Below the pieces are notes generated by a model. It saw nothing but the letters and a program-made list of their open reading frames with translations, did no database searches and was not told where the DNA came from. From NCBI GenBank assembly GCA_051294375.1, contig JBJCIZ010000282.1:562809-626808 (forward strand): a DNA stretch of 64,000 bases, written 5' to 3'. The stretch comes from Paraspadella gotoi (lineage: Eukaryota > Animalia > Chaetognatha). Position numbers and translations under genes: made by a program. How positions within the stretch are numbered: position 1 is the first letter of the stretch; every line of letters begins with the position of its first letter. Of the stretch, positions 58,754 to 64,000 are shown in pieces.

Positions 58754-58908
58754 AAGAAAGAAAAAAGGAAAAAAGTTCCAAGCGAAAAAAAGTTCCAAAC
58801 AAAAGAAAAAAAGTTCCAAACGAAAAAAAAGTTCCAAGCGAAAAAAACCGAGCGGACATTTTGTCTTTTCATTCGCCTCGATCGCTGCGCTGCGCTACGG
58901 ACCTCATC

Positions 58909-59379
58909 ATGGATACTCGATCGCTCGATCAACTAGCATTTTCAGATCCGCTGATCGCTTCTTTTTTCATCGGAACTAAGGCATTGGATCAAATACCGAC
59001 TATTATTAAACCTAAATCGTTGCTAATTTATAACACACAGAAAGCATCCTCGGCCGGACGGCACTGGATAGCTATTTCGAGTTTAAACGCGCCGAATCTG
59101 CTAGAAATCGTGGATCCGCTAGGGGATCCGCTGCAGCCCGATCCTCGCCTCGACTCCATCTTTAAAGCGTCTGCTCGCGAAATCGTATACAACGATAAAT
59201 TGAAACAAAGGGAAAATGGCTTCTTCTGCGGACTACATTGTCTATTTTTTTTGTATTTCTTTGCCAGAGACTTTTCCGCCTGCGAAATATTAAACAAATA
59301 TTATACTTCTACCTCGTATATAAACGATGTTTTCATATCTAATTTTATTTCATCGCTTTTTAAATTCGAAGAAACATAA
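58909..59379 (+). CDS. Adenain-like cysteine maturation protease
   Basis: IYNT.......G.HWIA (His), DPLG (Asp), Q......CG.HC..F (Gln/Cys). Confidence 0.92.
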   Translation: MDTRSLDQLAFSDPLIASFFIGTKALDQIPTIIKPKSLLIYNTQKASSAGRHWIAISSLNAPNLLEIVDPLGDPLQPDPRLDSIFKASAREIVYNDKLKQRENGFFCGLHCLFFLYFFARDFSACEILNKYYTSTSYINDVFISNFISSLFKFEET

Positions 59380-59456
59380 TTTTTCTCTCACCGGTTAATT
59401 TTTTCGAATTTTTTACAGCGTTCTTTCTCTCTCTCTCTCTCTCTCTCTGTCTTATT

Positions 59457-59896
59457 ATGAATGAAGAAACCGGCGTGTTCGGAGAAAATTCACCAATTCG
59501 AAAGCAGTTATCTCAAGGCCATGGCGAAGAACCGCAAACATCAAGCTCGGCATCGAACCAAGATCGCTGCTGGCCGTCAAATTGGTGGACTTCGCGTCGA
59601 CGAAAACGCAGAGAGGCGGAGGCAAGAAAGCGCCGCTCAAAAGGAAAGGGGGGAAAGAAATCTCGCGCGCGAAAAACAAGAGCCAGAAAGAACCTCGTCG
59701 GGCGCGGGGGCGGGGGACCAAGGGAAAGTCAAGGGGGAAGGAAGAAAGAGAAACGCGGGAAGGGCGTGGCGGAAACGCCGCTAACGGATCTTCGAGCTCC
59801 CAGGAGGGATCTAAGCGTTCCTCTACAAACGACTCTCGCTCAAAGAGCCGGTTAACGAAGATGAGTCGACTAGGTACTTATTTGTCCCGCCTATAA
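59457..59896 (+). CDS. Small Arg/Lys-rich Maverick ORF (frame uncertain)
   Basis: Overlapping basic ORFs; QRGGG motif in the 59582-59896 frame. Confidence 0.35.
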
Positions 59897-60191
59897 AATC
59901 TAAAAAGATCGGTCGGCGCATGCGCGGCCTGAGCCGAATATCTCGTTAATTTTACCATCGAACTTCTCAAAACCCTTCAGGCGTCCTTCGCTTGCGTCTC
60001 AGAGAAGGCCGCCGAGTTTCACCGCCGTCTTCCTCTTCCTCCTTCCCCTTCGACCGAAAACGGGCTCCGCCGTCGTCAAAAATTAACGACGCTCTCTCTC
60101 TCTCTCTCTTTCTCTCTCGTCGATCTTCGACGTCCTCGCCCTCGTCCTCGTCCTCTTCCCGACCTCACCATCGTCAGACAAAAATTAATAG

Positions 60192-60226
<35 letters not shown>

Positions 60227-60629
60227 CGTCGCCGTCGATCTTCAACGTCCTCGTCCTCTTCCCGCCCTCGCCATCGTCATAGACAAAAATTAACGATGCT
60301 CTCTCTCTCTCTCTCTCTCTCGATCGCAGCGCGCGCGCGCGAGAGCGGAAACTATCGACGCCGCTTTCTCCCGCGAAGGCGCTCTTCCCCCTCAAAAAAC
60401 GCCCGCCAGGCACGCCTCTCTCTTTAAATTCGGTCGTCGGAGGCGAAAACTTTCCACTCGCCGATTTTTCTTTTCCCGAATCGAGTTTTCATCACTATTC
60501 GAAAAAAGAAAAAAAGAACTCTAACTCGAAATTTTCGCCATTCATTCGTTCATCAAAAAAAACAAAAACTTTTACCCTTTCTCTCGATCTCCAAATTTTT
60601 TTCGCCAACGACGAAAAAACGACGCAAAA

Positions 60630-63392
60630 ATGGTCAAGGCGTTCTACGACGAGTACGACCAGGCCATGCTTCGCGGTTTCCATCACCCGGAAATTGGATT
60701 CGCCATGCGGGGTAAAAACAAAACCCGTTACGTCGCTCCCCGCGTGGTTCGCGTCAGCGTCGACGAGACTCCCGTCGCTTCGACTTCCGGCGCTTCGACT
60801 TCCGCCGCGGCGGGGGTCGGGAGACCGGGGACGCCGATGACCTCGTCCCCCAAGGGGAAGCAAGGCTTCTTCTTTTTCAAAGCAAAATCCGCCGTCAAGA
60901 CCGCCGTCAATCAAGTTGGCGGCGGGGCCGGCTTCCTCAATTCGCTCAAGGATCGCGCCACGAAACCGCGACGCCGCTCATCGCCGACTCCAATCTCGCG
61001 AAGGCGTTGAAGGACCCGCGCCTTCACGCCAGGATGATCGCCCCTCCGCCGTCTTCCAGCCAGAACTTCTACGGCAGCGGGAAACTGCGCGCGACGGGAG
61101 CGGCTTTTGGTACGTTGAAGAAGGGAACCTTGACCGGAGACGGTCACGCGGTCGTTATGGGGAAAAATACTGGAGGGGTTAAGAGCGAGAGCGAGATTAG
61201 TAAAAAGAGAACCGTTGGTAACGGTGGGAGTTCGGAATTCGGATTGAGCAGACCGAACGTGGAATTCGTGATCGGGGAGCAGATCCTCATCAAAATCCGT
61301 AATTCCGGACTCTCGTTCGAAAAGAAGGTAATGTCGGCGACGCGTGCTATTCAAGCAAAACGTGGGAATCTCCTTCGGCGAGTGGTGCGTGCTACTCAAT
61401 AACTTCGATAAGATAAGTTCGAGCTTCGCCGAAAACAGTCAGTGGGCGGCGCATTTGAACGATATCGACGACGAGACCGGAGAACCTCGGAACAGAACCG
61501 ATTTTACCGGTCAGGTGACTCCGGCCGATATCGTTCGAGCCAATGAACGTTACCTGAAAGACGGGAGTTTTTATCCGCTTTCCGCGACCAGGGGGGTCTT
61601 CGTAACCGTAGAGTACGGGAGAAACGATCCGTCCTGAAGGGTTTTTCCCGCCCTCAAAATAGCTCATTATTCCAGATCCGAGCTCGAAGATTACTCGGAA
61701 GGGATTTACGGGGAAGGGATCCCCGTTCGGGAGGATAACGATCAGTTCGGGGACAGCACCGCCCATCTCGTCACCCCTAAATCTCCCTCTTTTTCCATAA
61801 AGGGTTACGAATTTAAGGAGCTGAGAGAGAACGTTGCTTGGAAGATCGAGCAGTTCTTGCAGCTCGAGTCGGGTCAGCATTGTCATCGCGACCGACAGAC
61901 CAAATCCTTTTGCGACTTGTGCCGGGAATACGATCCAACGGCCGACGACCCCGCCTGCATCCGGCGCACTTTCGACCTCGCCACCAGAGAGGGATGCTTT
62001 TCCGCTCGTTCCATCATGAAGCTGGCCCGTAACGCCGTCGGCATCTACGAGAGAAAGAACTTCGTCGGCGGACTCAGCCTTCGCTTTCAAGGTCGTCCTC
62101 CTCCCCCCAAGAAAAATTCGACGAACAAAACTTATTTCGCCCCTCACGATTTACCCCCACCCACTTCTCTCCTCCCCCCGCCTCCTCCCCCCCTTCCCAC
62201 CATCCCGTCCTCTTCCTCAGCTTTCTCCGTCGTTCGGGCTGCCGAAGATCGTCCACTTCCGCCTCCTCCGTCTCGCGCCATCTTCGACAACGGCCTCGCG
62301 GCGGGGAAGAAAAGGAAAAGAAGCGACGTCTCCCCCGACTCGACCGCCGCTCCGCCGCGGAGGGTCGTCCTTCCTCCCTTCGAAGACGACGACGAGGACG
62401 ACGAAGCGGGCGGAGCCGCTAAAGGACCCGTCTCTTCCACCTGGAAATCCATCGTCGGCAAAAAACGTTCGAAAATCGACGATAGGAGCTTGCCTCCGCC
62501 GATGTCGGCCGCCGGGGGCGGCGTGGGCGCTGGCGCGCCGGGGAGCGGCACGGGGCGTGGGCCGGCGGTCCCCCGTTCCCCCGTTCCCGCGAACAATAAG
62601 AAGAGGAAGGCGGAGGAGGAAGTGGAGGGAGCGGAGGAGGAGAAGAAGAGGATGAAGAGGACCATCGGCGGCGTCGAACTGGACTCGGCGGCGGCGAGCA
62701 TCCTCAATCAACAAAGGGAGATCGTCGAGAGGGAACGACGGCTGCGAACCGTGAAGTCGGCGACGATGGCCGGCAAGAAGCGTCCCTCTTCCCTCCCTTT
62801 GGACGCCGAGGGGGAAGGAGTCGTGCCATCCAAGCGTTACCGATGGGAGTTTCGACGCGATTCCGACGCGAAGCCCATTCTCCGTCGGTACGAAATCGAT
62901 CCGAGGGCGACGACGAACATGACGACGCCGACGACGGGAGAAGGCGAGCGGGAGGAGGAGGAGGAGGAGGCGAAGAAGAGCAAGACCGTCTCCTTTCGAC
63001 TTCCCCCCCGAGAGGAGGCGGAGAAGGAGGAGAGGAATGGAAAGGAGATCGATCCTCGTGGCATCGCGACGACGACGACGACGGCGACGACGACGGGGAA
63101 AAGAAAAGCTTCCGCTTCGACCACCGCGTTATCTTCCTTTCCTCCCTTCGCTATCGAGTCGGACAGTTTCATAGACTCGGCGGTCGAGCGTCTACTCCCT
63201 CTGAAAAAAAGAAAAGCTCCTCGCGATCTCGATGTTTCTTCTTACCGGAATCCGGAGCCGCCCAAACGCGCCGAGAAGTGGCTCGTCGACGACGGCGAGA
63301 TCCTGTCCCAGGAGGACGACCGGAAAGCCGACAAAGAGAACCGGAANNNNNNNNNNTCTCTCTCTCTCTCTCAGGGAAAAACCGCTAACTAA
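60630..63392 (+). pseudogene. Large Maverick accessory gene: PC4-like repeats, Cys/His cluster, long Pro-rich disordered tail with NLS-like motifs
   Basis: VGISFGEWCVLLNNFDKI and FSIKGYEFKELRENV resemble the PC4/Sub1 GISL...W..L motif; CHRDRQTKSFCDLC; KKRKR and KKRK clusters; broken by frameshifts and stops. Confidence 0.5.
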
Positions 63393-63589
63393 CGGTCGAA
63401 GTGAAAAGAGGCTCTCTATCGTTTTTAATAGGTAAAAAAACAGTAATGATTCAAGGGTATGTACATATATTTACAAATTATCATTGGCAAACAATAATCA
63501 TGTTGTGAGAATTATTTATATACATATTTACAAGTATCAAAATTATTCGCCCTTCTTTTTTTTCTCTAAAATTTCCTTATATTTCTCTT

Positions 63590-64000
63590 TGAGGGCTGGT
63601 GGTATTTCGTGTAACATTTTTTTTTGGAAGGAAGCCTACCCAATCCAGCACTAACATATTCAGTCGAACTGTCTTCTCAACCAATGACACGTCAATGTCC
63701 CGGCCTCATCGTCCAAGCCTCTCATTTGCAAAAGCCAAGGGGGCCAATCTCATTTTGAGCTCTTTCTTAATTCTTAACCTTTCACTTTACTAATTACTTT
63801 GCTATCCCTCACCAAATGTATCTCTTCACTTTTTATTTTCTTTTCTTTTCTTCAATTATTTATTAATAGTTAATTGTTAATATTAAAAATTTCAGTATAC
63901 AAAAATCTTTTTAACTGTTTTCCATTAAGAAATGTATTATTTTCTTTCTCCCTGTCTCTTTCTCTCTCTCTCTCTCTTCCCAATTGACCATTTCCCTTCT
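63590..64000 (+). mobile_element. Penelope-like 3' region, diverged relative of 14650-15040
   Basis: CCAATGACAC, CCAAGGGGGCCA..CTCATTTTGAGCTCTTTCTTA and CTAATTACTT.GCTATCCCTCAC are shared and collinear. Confidence 0.7.

Larger units (their letters stand above)
53700..63390 (+). mobile_element. Maverick/Polinton (adintovirus-like) core gene cluster, decaying; no pPolB, ATPase or TIR visible
   Basis: Collinear integrase, penton, core protein, MCP and adenain on one strand with overlapping stops and starts. Confidence 0.9.

Noticed and set aside
53700-63390. Protein-primed DNA polymerase B and Maverick TIRs
   Set aside because: No pPolB motifs (YD.NSLYP, K...NS.YG, YxDTDS) or AGT-repeat termini seen in the window.

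Overview
AT-rich, repeat-dense eukaryotic (probably invertebrate) genomic window with N-gaps and many indel-type frameshifts, made almost entirely of mobile DNA. (1) There are three pieces of Maverick/Polinton (adintovirus-like) elements. At ~1-2.4 kb (minus) lie an integrase C-terminus and penton. At 6.5-7.8 kb lie a packaging ATPase with a spliceosomal intron inside Walker A and two conserved small genes. At ~51-63.4 kb lies a long, decaying core cluster (integrase, penton, core protein, major capsid protein, adenain protease, PC4-like gene) flanked by spliced and membrane-protein genes. No pPolB or Maverick TIR is visible. (2) There is a nested pair of BEL/Pao LTR retrotransposons: a full-length element (31050-41126) inserted into the 3' LTR of a related gag-only element (26269-41142), which itself interrupts a spliced minus-strand gene. 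A third BEL gag relic lies on the minus strand. (3) There is a 5'-truncated Penelope-like element with an inverted pLTR, hammerhead ribozymes and a 12-bp TSD, nested in a long-TIR element. A related Penelope piece lies at the window end. (4) The remainder is satellites and HINE-like repeats. Best candidate for a new system: neither BEL/Pao element has a tRNA (TGG) primer-binding site. In each, the 11 nt right after the 5' LTR are the exact reverse complement of an 11-mer inside its own LTR, with compensatory changes between the two families, which suggests Tf1-like self-priming. The full-length element also separates gag and pol by an in-frame UGA-CUAG readthrough context and carries an unexplained third ORF.
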